Shown: piece by piece, positions 50,697 through 63,110 of the stretch | Layout of the letters: each line of letters starts with the position of its first letter | Numbering within the stretch: the stretch's first letter is position 1 | Assembly: GCF_963921235.1 (NCBI RefSeq) | Contig: NC_086108.1 | Coordinates: forward strand, 70,682,001 to 70,746,000 | Source: Mobula hypostoma | Lineage: Eukaryota | Direction of reading: 5' to 3' | Length of the DNA stretch: 64,000 bases | Program-made: the position numbers and the translations under genes | Notes under the pieces: model-generated | Database searches by the model: none | Told to the model about the DNA's origin: nothing | Seen by the model: only the letters and a program-made list of their open reading frames with translations

Positions 50697-53476
50697 TCAA
50701 ACCCTGCCTCCCATATAAGCCCCCACCTTAGATTCCTCCATATACCTGTCTAGTAGTCTCTTAAACTTCACTAGTGTATCTGCCTCCACCACTGACTGAG
50801 GCAGTGCATTCCACGCACCAACCACTCTCTGAGTAAAAAACCTTCCTCTGATATCCCCCTTGAACTTCCCACCCCTTACCTTAAAGCCATGTCCTCTTGT
50901 ATTGAACAGTGGTGCCCTGGGGAAGAGGCGCTGGCTATCCACTCTATCTATTCCTCTTATTATCTTGTACACCTTTATCATGTCTCCTCTCATCCTCCTT
51001 CTCTCCAAAGAGTAAAGCCCTAGCTCCCTTAATCTCTGATCATAATGCATACTTTCTAAACCAGGCAGCATCCTGGTAAATCTCTGAACCCTTTCCAATG
51101 CTTCCACATCCTTCCTATAGTGAGGTGACCAGAACTGGACACAATACTCCAAGTGTGGCCTAACCAGAGTTTTATAGAGCTGCATCATTACATCGCAACT
51201 CTTAAACTCTATCCCTCGACTTATGAAAGCTAACACCCCATAAGCTTTCTTAACTACCCTATCCACCTGTGAGGCAACTTTCAGGGATCTGTGGACATGT
51301 ACCCTGAGATCCCTCTGCTCCTCCACATGACCAAGTATCCTGCCATTTACTTTGTACTCTGCCTTGGAGTTTGTCCTTCCAAAGTGTACCACCTCACACT
51401 TCTCCGGGTTGAACTCCATCTGCCACTTCTCAGCCCACTTCTGCATCCTATCAATGCCTCTCTGCAATCTTTGACAATCCTCTACACTATCTACAACACC
51501 ACCAACCTTTGTGTCGTCTGCAAACTTGCCAACCCACCTTTCTACCCCCACATCCAGGTCGTTAATAAAAATCACGAAAAGTAGAGGTCCCAGAACAGAT
51601 CCTTGTGGGACACCACTAGTCACAATCCTCCAATCTGAATGTACTCCCTCCACCACCACCCTCTGCCTTCTGCAGGCAAGCCAATTCTGAGTCCACCTGG
51701 CCAAACTTCCCTGGATCCCATGCCTTCTAACTTTCTGAATAAGCCTACTGTGTGGAACCTTGTCAAATGCCTTACTAAAATCCATATAGATCACATCCAC
51801 TGCACTACCCTCATCTATATGCCTGGTCACCTCCTCAAAGAACTCTATCAGGCTTGTTAGACACGATCTGCCCTTCATAAAGCCATGCTGACTGTCCCTG
51901 ATCAGACCATGATTCTCTAAATGCCTATAGATCCTATCTCTAAGAATCTTTTCCAACAGCTTTCCCACCACAGACGTAAGGCTCACTGGTCTATAATTAC
52001 CCGGACTATCCCTACTACCTTTTTTGAACAAGGGAACAACATTCGCCTCCCTCCAATCCTCCGGTACCATTCCCGTGGACAACGAGGACATAAAGATCCT
52101 AGCCAGAGGCTCAGCAATCTCTTCTCTCGCCTCGTGGAGCAGCCTGGGGAATATTCCGTCAGGCCCCGGGGACTTACCTGTCCTAATGTATTTTAACAAC
52201 TCCAACACCTCCTCTCCCTTAATACCAACATACTCCAGAACATCAACCTCACTCATATTGTCCTCACCATCATCAAGTTCCCTCTCATTGGCGAATACCG
52301 AAGAGAAGTATTCATTGAGGACCTCGCTCACTTCCACAGCCTCCAGGCACATCTTCCCACCTTTATCTCTAATCGGTTCTACCTTCACTCCTGTCATCCT
52401 TTTTTTCTTCACATAATTGAAGAATGTCTTGGGGTTTTCCTTTACCCTACTCGCCAAGGCCTTCTCATGCCCCCTTCTTGCTCTTCTCAGCCCCTTCTTA
52501 AGCTCCTTTCTTGTTTCCCTATATTCCTCAATAGACCCAGCTGATCCTTGCTTCCTAAACCTCATGTATGCTGCCTTCTTCCTCCTGACTAGATTTTCCA
52601 CCTCACTTGTCACCCATGGTTCCTTCACCCTACCATTCTTTATCTTCCTCACCGGGACAAATTTATCCCTTACATCCCGCAAGAGATCTCTAAACATCGA
52701 CCACATGTCCATAGTACATTTCCCTGCAAAAACATCATCCCAATTCACACCCGCAAGTTCTAGCCTTATAGCCTCATATTTTGCCTTTCCCCAATTAAAA
52801 ATTTTCCTGTCCTCTTTGATTCTATCCTTTTCCATGATAATTATAAAGGCCAGGGAGCGGTGATCACTGTCCCCCAGATGCTCACCCACTGAGAGATCTG
52901 TGACCTGACCCGGTTCATTACCTAGTACTAGATCTAGTATGGCATTCCCCCTGGTCGGCCTGTCCACATACTGTGACAGGAATCCATCCTGGACACACTT
53001 AATAAATTCTGCCCCATCTAAACCCTTGGAACTAATCAGGTGCCAATCAATGTTAGGGAAGTTAAAGTCACCCATGATAACAACCCTGTTATTTTTGCAT
53101 CTTTCCAAAATCTGCCTCCCAATCTGCTCCTCTGTATCTCTGCTGCTACCAAGGGGCCTATAGAATACCCCCAGTAGAGTAACTGCTCCCTTCCTGTTCC
53201 TGACTTCTACCCATATTGACTCAAAAGAGGATCCTGCTACATTACCTACCGTTTCAATAGCTGTAATAGTATCCCTGACCAGTAATGCCACCCTCCTCCC
53301 CTATTTCCGCCCTCTCTATCCCTTTTAAAGCACTGAAATCCAGGAATATTGAGAATCCATTCCTGCCCTGGTGCCAGCCAAGTCTCTGTAATGGCCACTA
53401 CATCGTAATTCCATGTATGTATCCAAGCTCTCAGTTCATCACCTTTGTTCCTGATGCTTCTTGCATTGAGGTACAC
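50697..53476 (-). pseudogene. CR1 ORF2 (APE endonuclease + reverse transcriptase), one frameshift
   Basis: ORFs 53246-53476 and 50697-53291 join into ...RDREGGNRGGG/VALLVRD... if one base is added to the C run at 53291-53293; 864 aa remain open downstream. Confidence 0.9.
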
Positions 53477-53620
53477 ACATTTCAGCCCTTATACCTTAGT
53501 GTCTTTACACCGTTTATTCTGCTTCTCTTTCCTCAAAGTCTCTCTGTATGTTAGATCTGGCCTTACTCCATGCACTTCTTTCACTGCTCTATCGCTCTGG
53601 GTCCCATCCCCCCTCGCAAA

Positions 53621-54462
53621 TTAGTTTAAACCCTCCCGAACCATGCTAGCAAACCTACCTGCAAGGATATTGCTCCCCCTCGAGTTCAGGGTTCAGGTGC
53701 AACCCATCTAATCTGTACAGGTCCCACCTTCCCCAGAAAAGATCCCAATGATCTAAAGATCTAAAACCCTGCTCCCTGCACCAACTCCTCAGCCACGCAT
53801 TCAACTGCCATCTCCTCCAATTCTTACCATCTCTGTCACGTAGCACTGGCAGCAATCCTGAGAACGTCACCCTTGAGGTCCTGTTCTTCAGCCTTCTGCC
53901 TAATTCCCGAAACTCACACTTCAGGACCTCATCCCTCTTCCTGCCTATGTCGTTGGTCCCAACATGTTTCACGACTTCTGGTTGCTTTCCCTCTCGTACC
54001 AGGATGTCGTGCACCCGGTTAGAGACATCCCGGACCCTGGCACCTGGGAGGCAACAAACCATGCGGATGTCCTTCTCACGTCCACAAAATCTCCTGTCTG
54101 CTCCCCTGACTATAGAGTCTCCAATGACGACAGCTTTCCTCTTCTCCGTCCCACCCTTCTGCACCACAGGGTCAGACTCAGTGCCAGAGGCCCTGCCACC
54201 GTGGATCACACCTGGTCGGTCGTCCCCGCCAACAGTATCCAGGACGGTAAACTTATTATTCAGAGGAATGGCTACAGGGGTGCTCTGCACTACCTGTCTG
54301 CTCACCTTCGCTTTCCCCCCTCTGACTGTCACCCAACGACCTGCTTCCAGCAGCCTAGGTGTGACTACCTCCCTGTAGCTCTCATCTATGACTGCCTCAT
54401 TCTCCCTTATGAGTCGAAGGTCATCCAGCTGCTGCTCCAGATTCCTTACACGGTCTTCTAGA
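53621..54462 (-). pseudogene. CR1 ORF1 (coiled coil + SGNH/GDSL esterase), truncated and frameshifted
   Basis: LEDRVRNLEQQLDDLR coiled coil followed by esterase blocks. A 7-bp tandem duplication (gttcagg, 53684-53697) shifts the C-terminus; removing it gives HLNSRGSNILAGRFASMVREGLN*. Confidence 0.85.
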
Positions 54463-54909
54463 TTCCCCACCTCCTTCCCTTTATTCCATGGTCCACTCCC
54501 CTTGTAAATACTCTTTTGTAAATAACACTATTCTTTGCATTTTTGGTCAGATGCTAAATGTACTCGGCACAATGACAATAAAGTTGAATCTAATCTAATC
54601 ATATCAGATTCCTCCTTCTTCAAAGCTGTCACCTCCCAGTTTCTCACGTCAGTCCCTTTCATCTCCTCTCTCCCACCCACCTCCCGTCCCCCTCAGCTGG
54701 ACCCACGTTGTCAAATGCCAGCTTGTTGCTCTGCCTCTCCCCTCAGATTTTTCTCCTGGTTTCTGCCCCTTCCTTTCCAGTGCTGATGAGGGATCTTGGT
54801 CCAAAATGGTCAACTGTTCATTTCCCTGCACAGATGCTGCCTGATCCGCTGAGTTCCTCCAGCATTTTGTGTGTGTGTTGTGTGAGGTAACGAGTAGCAG
54901 ACGTAACTC

Positions 54910-55190
54910 AATGTGTGACATTCTCACCTCTGAGTCAAATATTTTGTGTGTTTGTCTCATCCCAAAGATGGGAGTGCACAGATCTAAACCGACATTCCAA
55001 TGCAGGACTGTGGCAGTGCCACACTGTTCAAACACAGAGTGCTGGAGCAACTCAACAGGCCAGGCAGTGCCATGGAAAAGAGTAAATGGCCAATGGTTTG
55101 GGCCGACATTTTCTAATCTCTGCTACACTGTTCAGATGTTTTTTTTAAATGAAGTGTTACACCAAGTCCCTGACTGCATTCTTGGATGAT
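54910..55190 (+). mobile_element. Degraded DeuSINE 5' part
   Basis: ctcacctctgagtcaaa...tctaaaccgacattccaatgcaggactgtggcagtgccacactgt; interrupted by a small PLE piece. Confidence 0.45.
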
Positions 55191-55559
55191 AAGCTGTTAG
55201 TGGATGTTAGTAATGTCTGTGAAAGTGCTGGGAGTGACTAAGTTGTTCAAACCCAGTCATAAATTTAGAAGGAAAAACTTAGTTCCTCAGTGGGGAACTA
55301 TTCTGAAAGCATGCTGTTTATAGTCAGGTTTATATTTCTGTGGTGATGCATATGGTGAAAAGACTCGTAACACTGTGAAGACATGGATAGGAATATTGGC
55401 CTTCTCCATGAGGTGACCTATTCCCATGGACTAAACTAAAATGAAGTGGGAATACTTTCAAGAGAAGTTGGAAAGAGTAAAATAGGATTTCTTTAACTGA
55501 AAGATCAAAATATAAAATAATCCACGACTGAGAGTAGAGAGGGGAGATGGCCAACATTG

Positions 55560-56290
55560 GGAGAAGAAAAGACTTTGTGGTGATTGGTTGTCCTATTCTG
55601 TCTCTTGCAAGGATGCCATTCCTTTCTCCCATTTTTGCTGTCACTGCCACATGTGCTCTTAAGAAGCTTTTTGTTCCAGGACGTCTGAAATATCCTCCCT
55701 TTTCAGGAAGTGCGGCTTCCCTTCTACTGTGGTTGGTGGAGCCCTATCTTGCATCTCTCCATTCTTCTCTTCTCACCCTCCCTCCTCCCAGACAGAGCAG
55801 TGATGGAATTCCTCTGGCCCTTACCTTTCACCTCACGAGCCTCTGCACTGAACATACTACCCTTTGTCATTTCCGTCAGCTGCAACGTGATCCCACCGAC
55901 AGCCACACTTCCTCCTCCCCATCCCTTACTGCCCTCCACAGAGACCACCCCACTTTTGGCAATTGTTATGTAGAACACTTATGATCAGTCTGCAACAGAC
56001 ATCCTGTTCTCCCAGTTGCAGACCAGTTTGACTGTCCTCCCCATTCCCACACCGACCTGTCCATCCTTGCTTTCTCTGTTACCAGGATGAAGCCCAATGC
56101 AAACTGAAAAAGCAACACTTTATATTCTGCATGGTGGTCTCCAACCAAGTGGCATGAATATTGAGCCCTGATTAAGGGTCTTGGCCCAAAACAGTGACTG
56201 TTTATTCCTTTCCATAAATACTGCCTGACCGGCAGACTTGCTCCAGCATGTTGTGTGCGTTGCTCTGGATATCTAGCTTTAGCAAATCTC
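55560..56290 (+). mobile_element. Degraded PLE 3' portion
   Basis: Similar to 49700-50540 (gatggaattcctctggcccttacctttcacc; gcaaactgaaaaagcaacactttatattc) and ends in the terminal repeat. Confidence 0.6.
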
Positions 56291-56711
56291 TTTCCATTTT
56301 TGGGTAACCCTCCAGCCCCACCTTTTTCCCTGTTTCCCCCCTTCTTTCTCATCTTCAGTCCTCCCATCTTTGTTCCTCTTCCAGCCTGTCCCACCTTCAC
56401 CCATCTTTGTTTCCCTCTTCCTCCTCCATCCACCAAATTCACACACAGCCTTACCCTCCCACCCCCTTAACTCCTATCTAGTTCCAACTGCTGTTCACCT
56501 CTCTCTTCACCTCTAACGGTTCCATTTCTCACTTCCTTTACTCATCAGAATCCTGCACTGGCATTCCTATTTATTGCCCTCCAGCAGCTCTCTCCAATCA
56601 TCACACTCCCATGTCCCCATTTATTATTTTTTTCCTCTCTTTCTTAGCCACCATCTAACATTCACCTGCCACCGTCTTCCAACCCCACCTCTGCTCACCT
56701 TCCCTACCTGG

Positions 56712-57024
56712 TGACAGACTCCTCCCAGTCTCGACCCACTAACAGTACTCACCTACCACCTGCTTCCAACTAACTCACCTGCAACCTATTTAAACCCAGC
56801 TCTCATCCACAATGCGTGTTCACACACTGCACCAGCCAGCCTCAACCAGGTGCACCCAGCCTTCAGTTACCTTGTTGCCTGTGAGTTTCGTATCTGTTCT
56901 CTCTTGTTTTGTGGCCCCTCGCGGCTTGTTTTTTTTTTGCAGTTGGTTATTCAGGCTGTCCCTCACCACTAAATAATCTCTGCTACTTTGCCTTTGGGTC
57001 AGGCCTCCTCTACATTTCCTGATA
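56712..57024 (+). mobile_element. Short solo-LTR candidate, 313 bp
   Basis: Flanked by a CCTGG duplication (56707-11, 57025-29). Ends TGACAG...CTGATA. Contains tatttaaa and a tgcctttgggtc U5-like motif similar to that of the 40098 LTR. Confidence 0.6.
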
Positions 57025-57957
57025 CCTGGCATTCCAATTTGTCATCTTCGCACCCCTCCTCAGTCCACAAATAACCTCAGAATCCTTTCTTGCCACTCCC
57101 CTTGTCCTCTCTGTGCTGGCCATCTCGCCTCTTTACTCTCAGTCCCAATGCAGAATTTCAACTCAAAATGTCACCATTTTCCTTCCTCCCACTGATAATG
57201 CTCAACCTGTTGAGTTCTAGCAGATTGTGTGTTGCTTCAGATTCCACCACCTGCAGTCTCTCGTGTCTTTATGTAATAGTTTTACAGTACCGGCATACAA
57301 GGATACAAACTATTTGGTGATTAATAGTGGGGTCTGAGCTCCTTAATTGGCTTATGGTAATGAAAATTTATAGTTATATAAACAAACTATACAAAGTAAC
57401 AAAGAAGCTGTAATAAGAGAATATAATTTTATTAACTCAAGGAGTCTAACTCATATTTTCTCTATGGGAAAAGAAATAGTAGAAAATGTGCCTTTTTGCT
57501 AATTCTCTTGATAAGAATAGAAATGGTTGTGTCAAAGGGAAAATAATGTGAAAGTTGGAAGCTGGAAACATAGATAGAAAATCCTGAAAATACCAAAGAG
57601 CTCATGCAACAAGCATGAATAAAGAATAGAGTTAAAGTGCAGGTCAGTGACTTTTCCTTGGAACAACTTTGAAATTTGCAAATGATTGTTTTTAGTGAAT
57701 TAGAGTTTAATGAGTGTGATTTATAGGCAGAAAGTTGAATGCTTATGTTTGGATGTATTCAGATCAAATGAATCACCTTTAGGTCTTACTGCTAATTGTG
57801 TTGTTTGTGAACCTTGAAATGTTGTCATTAAAGTTAAATCTGGTTACTTAATGCAAGGATACCAATAAATATATTTCTAAACATTTTAAATTTGTTTGGA
57901 ATGGAATCAGTATATCGTTGTCAACAGTTTATAAAGTGATTTCCATTTATTTAAAAT

Positions 57958-60182
57958 TGAATCAGAATTAGGTTTAATATCACTAGCATATGTCGTGAAA
58001 TTTGTTAATTTAGAGGCAGCAGTACAATACAATACATGTTAATATAGAAAAAATTAAGTAAATTGATTGCAGTAAGCGTGTGTATATATATTATATATAA
58101 AATATGTTAAATTTAAAAAGTGCAAAAACAGAAATAATATAAAAGAAAATGTGAGGCAGTGTTCATGGGTTCAATATTCATTTAGGAGTCGGATGGCAGA
58201 GGGAAAGAAACTATTCCTGAATCGCTGAGTGTATGCCTTCAGACTTCTGTACCTCCTTCATGATGGTAACAATGAGAAGTAGGCATGTCTTGGGTGATGG
58301 GGGTCCTTAATAATGGATGCTTCCTTTCTGAGGCACTGCTCCTTGAAGTTGCCTTGCATAATATGGAGGATAGCACCCAGGTTGGAGCCGATTAATTTTA
58401 CAACTTTCTGTAGCTTCTTTTGATCCTGTGCAGTAGGTGCCCCCACCCCCATACCAGGCAGTGATGCAGTCTGTCAGAATGCTCTCTATGGTACATCTGT
58501 AGAAGTTTGAGTATTTTAGGTGACAAATTCCTAATGAAATATAGCCACTCTCATGCCCTCTTTTTAGCTGCATCAATATGTTGGGACCAGGTTAGATTCT
58601 CAGAGATCTTGACACCCAGGAACTTGAAATTACTCGCTCTCTCCACTTCTGATCCCTCTCTGAGGATTGGTTCATGTTCCCTCGTCTTGCCCTTCTTGAA
58701 GCCCACAATCAGCTCTTTCGTCTTAGTGACGTTGAATGGGATATTGTTGCTGCGACACCACTCCACTGGCCGGTATATCTATAAGTGTTCTCATCTCCAT
58801 TTGAGATTCTGCCAACAATGGTTGTATCAACAACAAATTTACAGATAGTATTTGAGCTATACATAGCCATACAATCATGGGTATGTAGAGAGTAGAGCAA
58901 TGGACTGAGCTCACAACCCTGAGATCTGTCAGTGTTGATCATTAGTGAGGAGGTGATATTATTATTTTTATTACCAATCCATACAGATTGTAGTCTTCCG
59001 GTTAGAAAGTTGAGGATTTAATTGCAGAGGGAGGTAGAGAGGCCCAGGTTCTATAACTTATAAATCAGGACTGTGAGAATGATGGTGTTAAATGCTGAGC
59101 TATAGTCAACGAATAGCTCCTGACATAGGTGTTGTATTGTCCAGGTGATCTAAGGCCGTGTGGAGAGCCATTGAGACTGTGTCTACTGTAGACCTATTGT
59201 GGCAATAAGCAAATTGCAGTTGGTCCAGGTCCTGCTAAGGCAGGAGCTGATTCTAGGCATGGCCAACTTCTCAAAGCATTTCATCACCGTAGATGGGAGT
59301 GCTACTGGGTGATAGCCATTAAAGCAGCTCACATTACTCTTCTTGGGCACTAGTATACTTATGCCTTTTTGAAGCAAGTGGGATCTTCCAACTGTAGCAG
59401 TGAGAGTTGAAAATGCCGTTGGATAGTTCTGCCATTTGGTTGACAGAAGTTATCAGAGCCTTGCCAGGTACTCAGTCAGGGCCTGCTACCTTGGGAGGGC
59501 TCATCTTCCTTAAAGTCAGCCTAACATCAGTCTCAGACAGAGGTCACAGGGTCACTGGATGCAGCAGGGAGCTTCACAGCTATAGTTATATTCTGCCTTT
59601 CAAAGCTTGCATAGGAGGCATTGAGCTCATCTGGTAGTGAAGCATCGCTGCTATTCTTGCTATTTGGTTTCGTTTTGTAGGAAGTAATGTCCTGCAAACA
59701 CTGCCAGAGTTGTGCATCCAATGTCGCCTCCAACCTCGCTCAGAGTTGTTTCTTTGCTCTTGAAGTAGCCCTCCGCAAGTCATTCCTATTTTATTATTAT
59801 TATTATTATTATTGAAGTACAGTGCAGAGTAGTTGTACAGAACTGGGTCACCAGACTTCAATGCCACTGATCTATCCTTTAGCAGACGATGAGCCTCCTG
59901 TTCATGCATGCCTTTGATTTGGGAATATATATCAAGTTTTCGTAGGCACACACTCATCCACACAGGTCTTAATGAAGTCAATAACAACTGCGGCATACTC
60001 ATCCAGATTTGAAGATGAATCCCTGAATATAGTCCAGTCCACCGATTCAAATCAGTCCTGTAATTGCTTGTGTGCTTCCCTCGTCCATACCTTCTTGGTC
60101 CTCACTACTGGTGCTGCAGTCTTCAGCCTCTGCCTATACTCAGGGAGTAGAAGTACAGCCAGGTGATTAGACTTTCCAAAAG
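57958..60182 (-). mobile_element. Degraded Rex/Babar LINE, (GATTCT)n-tail family
   Basis: Peptides [52 protein letters not shown]; tail gaatcagaattagg on the + strand. Confidence 0.85.
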
Positions 60183-60889
60183 TGCGTGTGTCGGATAGCA
60201 TGGTAGGCACTCTCGATCTTAGTGTAACAGTGATCATCCCATGTGGTAAACTTGGCTTATTAAAAGTGATCATATTTGGTAATGAGCTCATTTTCAGCTC
60301 CATCAGATCACTTTACTAAAAAGAGCAAAAATGTATTAATGTTAAAAAATACATTACATAATGTTCCCCATTGGATGTTTTTGGGTTTAAGTGAGATGCT
60401 GCGATTTCTGAACACAAAGTTGCACGGGAGAGGCATTTTTATTCACGTATGTAAGTTGGATGGTTAGTTTTATTAATTTGTCGTTGGAACAGCACTCATC
60501 CAGGCAAGTAGGGAGGAATTAATCACACCCATAGATGGTGGAAGCCTTCAAACACAAGGATAACCCAGATGTCAAATATCTGAAAATGACTTTTTAAGAA
60601 ACTCAGAAGCTGTTATTTTGGATGCTCTGTTACTTTGAACAGGTCTGTTCCCTGATTTATACATTTATGAATGTGCTCCACCATAATAATCCCAGCAAGG
60701 AGCTCAGCCCACACTTTAATCATGCAGGTTTCTGATAGCTTGGATTCTTCAATGTAACATTGGGTTATTATATATTTTATTCTTTGAAAGAGTTTTTTGA
60801 AACTCTTTGAAAAAGTTGCATGTTGCTCTTGCACAGGGGGAAATGAATGCTGCATGGTACAGGGCTTATTGAACAGTTCAGCACTGTAG

Positions 60890-61430
60890 CAGAGACACAA
60901 CAGAGTCTGCAGATGATGGAAGTCTTGAGCAACACATACAAAATGCTGGAGGAACTCAGCAGGCTGGGCAGCACCTATGGAAAAGAGTAAACAGTCAACG
61001 TTTCAAGTTTAGACCCTTTATCAGTATTGGTAAGAAAGGGGAAACCCCCAGATTAAGATGGGTGGGGGGGTGATGGAGGGATGAATACAAGCTGGCAGGT
61101 GAAATGTGAAACCTGGTGAAGGGAATGATGTGAGAATCTGAAAGGTGATAGGTAATTTCCAACCTGATAGCCTGAACATTGATTTCTCTAACTTCTGGTG
61201 TACACTCCCTTCTAACTCCCCCCCCAACCTTTGTTTTCCCTCTGTCTAGTGGTCCTCTCACTGCTTCTGTTCCCCCTCCTTCCCCTTCCCTAGCCCTCAT
61301 GACCTGTCCATTACCTCCTTCTGGTTCCCCACCTGCTTCCCTTTATTCCGTGATCCACTGTCCTCTCCTATCAGATTCCTTCTCCCTCAGCCTTTTTTCT
61401 CTTCTGCCCATCTCCTCCTAGCTTTTCGCA
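60890..61430. mobile_element. PLE fragment in inverted (tail-to-tail) arrangement
   Basis: Terminal repeat on the minus strand at 60890-61150, then the plus-oriented 3' region from aacctgatagcctgaacattgatttctctaacttc. Confidence 0.6.
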
Positions 61431-62490
61431 TCGATTCCTTTCATCTTTTGCAGTATTTTCTTTTCCCTATGCCAGACAGGTCTATTACAAGAGACATCCA
61501 GGCACAATGCAATTCAGATCAATTTGCCAATCTCTCTCAAATTAAGTCCAAAGAAGTCCAAAAATAAAGCAAGTTGCTAGAGGAAGTCAGTGGGCCAGGC
61601 GGCATCTGTGAAGGCAAGGGGATCATCAAAATTTTGGGCCAAGCCCCTGTAAGAGAGTAAAATGGATATGACCAGCATAATGAGTAAGTAAGAGAGAAAG
61701 GGGTGCTAGGAACTGGCAAGCTACAGGTAGAACCAGGTGAGGAAGGGTTCATAGGCAAGTGAGGGATGACAGGTTGGAGATAGTGTCACAGGCAGGGAAG
61801 TGATATGTGGAGGTAATAGAGGACTGAAAATTATGCCTATAGGAAGGGGATAGGGGAACTAATGTGTATATGTGTGGATTGAGGTAGACGCTTGACATAT
61901 CCTGTAGTTACACTCGGCAAAGTGGATAACTTTTGAAGAGTCAAATGTTACAGTAGCAGAGTTTTCCTTCCTTTGAGAAGAAAAAAAGAAAAGCCTACCC
62001 TCTTTAGCCAAATTCATCCTACTTATTCTGAGCATTGGCTTTGGTAACAATGGGAAAGCAGGACTTGCTTTCTGCATGACTGTTCACTGCAGTAAATCTG
62101 ATTGCAGCACATTACTGCTAAAACACCTGGATTTGTCACTGTGGCCAGACATATCTTTGTTATCAGGCTCAGAAAATCTGAACTGGCAAGGAAAGATAAG
62201 GCTGGAATCGAGAGAGTAAATGTTCTGCGAGTGATGGATCAACCTCAGCTGTGGATGGCACATTGCCAAATCAGTTCCATTTATCTGAAGTGCAAGGAGG
62301 AGGCAGTTTAAACATGTTTTGTGGGGATTTGAACTTAATAGGTCCAATAGCTATTTGCACTTGCAGTTTTCTCATGTTCCTAAACCAGGGGAGATGTGTT
62401 TAAATGCAAAACTCTTTGTTGATGTATATTGTTAAACTCTTGAAGTGAATTCTTTTTTTTAGTGATAATTATGGTCCACATCCAGTCTAA

Positions 62491-62688
<198 letters not shown>

Positions 62689-62854
62689 TGAAGATATATA
62701 TTAATATATTTAAATTTATACTGTTATGATGTTGCATAACATAAACAGTTTGCAAACGCTTAGAAACAGGCTGCTGTTAAATAAGAGAGAAAGAAATACT
62801 TGCAATTATGTAGAACCTAAAGAGCCTCGTATGACCTTGGTACAACCAAGCCAC

Positions 62855-63110
62855 TTCAAGGTCTTTTAAAGAGTTGTCACCATTTCAATGTAAGAAATGC
62901 AGCTGCTAAGTTTTTCACAACCAGTTCTGTAAATAACAATGACAAGATATTGAAATAATTTTGGAATTACGCATGATCACGGAATTATGCATCGGCCAGG
63001 GGGTTTTATGCTCCTGCTCTTCTATAAAGTGGTTCCACAGTTTATTTCACATCCACCTATTAAAGCACTGAATCCTGGTTTATAACATTTTGTCTCAGAA
63101 CAGCACTCAA
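62855..63110 (-). mobile_element. Degraded DeuSINE (SacSINE1/AmnSINE-like)
   Basis: aatgtaagaaatgcagctgctaa...ctcctgctcttct...acatccacct resembles the Deu domain as recalled. Confidence 0.5.

Larger units (their letters stand above)
50643..54462 (-). mobile_element. Young CR1-clade LINE, 5'-truncated within ORF1
   Basis: ORF2 has an APE domain (YLNARS, ITETW, GDFN, SDH) and RT (GVPQGSVLGP, FADD). ORF1 has an SGNH esterase (GDSIVR, HVGTND, DGLHLN). CR1-type 3' end ...gggccgaagggcctgtactgtgctgtactattctat. Confidence 0.95.
47695..54885. mobile_element. Penelope-like element with an inverted 5' segment, interrupted by two CR1 insertions
   Basis: RT motifs VAMGSHVGP and FLHYPDD (48869-49084) and a GIY-YIG remnant VIYCRWCS (about 50271). 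An inverted copy of the 3' region lies at 47695-48520, and the terminal repeat resumes at 54463-54885 after the CR1. Confidence 0.75.

Noticed and set aside
51291..53554. Several + strand ORFs of 70-150 aa
   Set aside because: Antisense shadows of CR1 ORF2.
53655..54470. Host or horizontally acquired GDSL lipase gene
   Set aside because: Lies directly upstream of a CR1 ORF2 and has a paralogous copy in the second CR1 (36988-37410); it is LINE ORF1.
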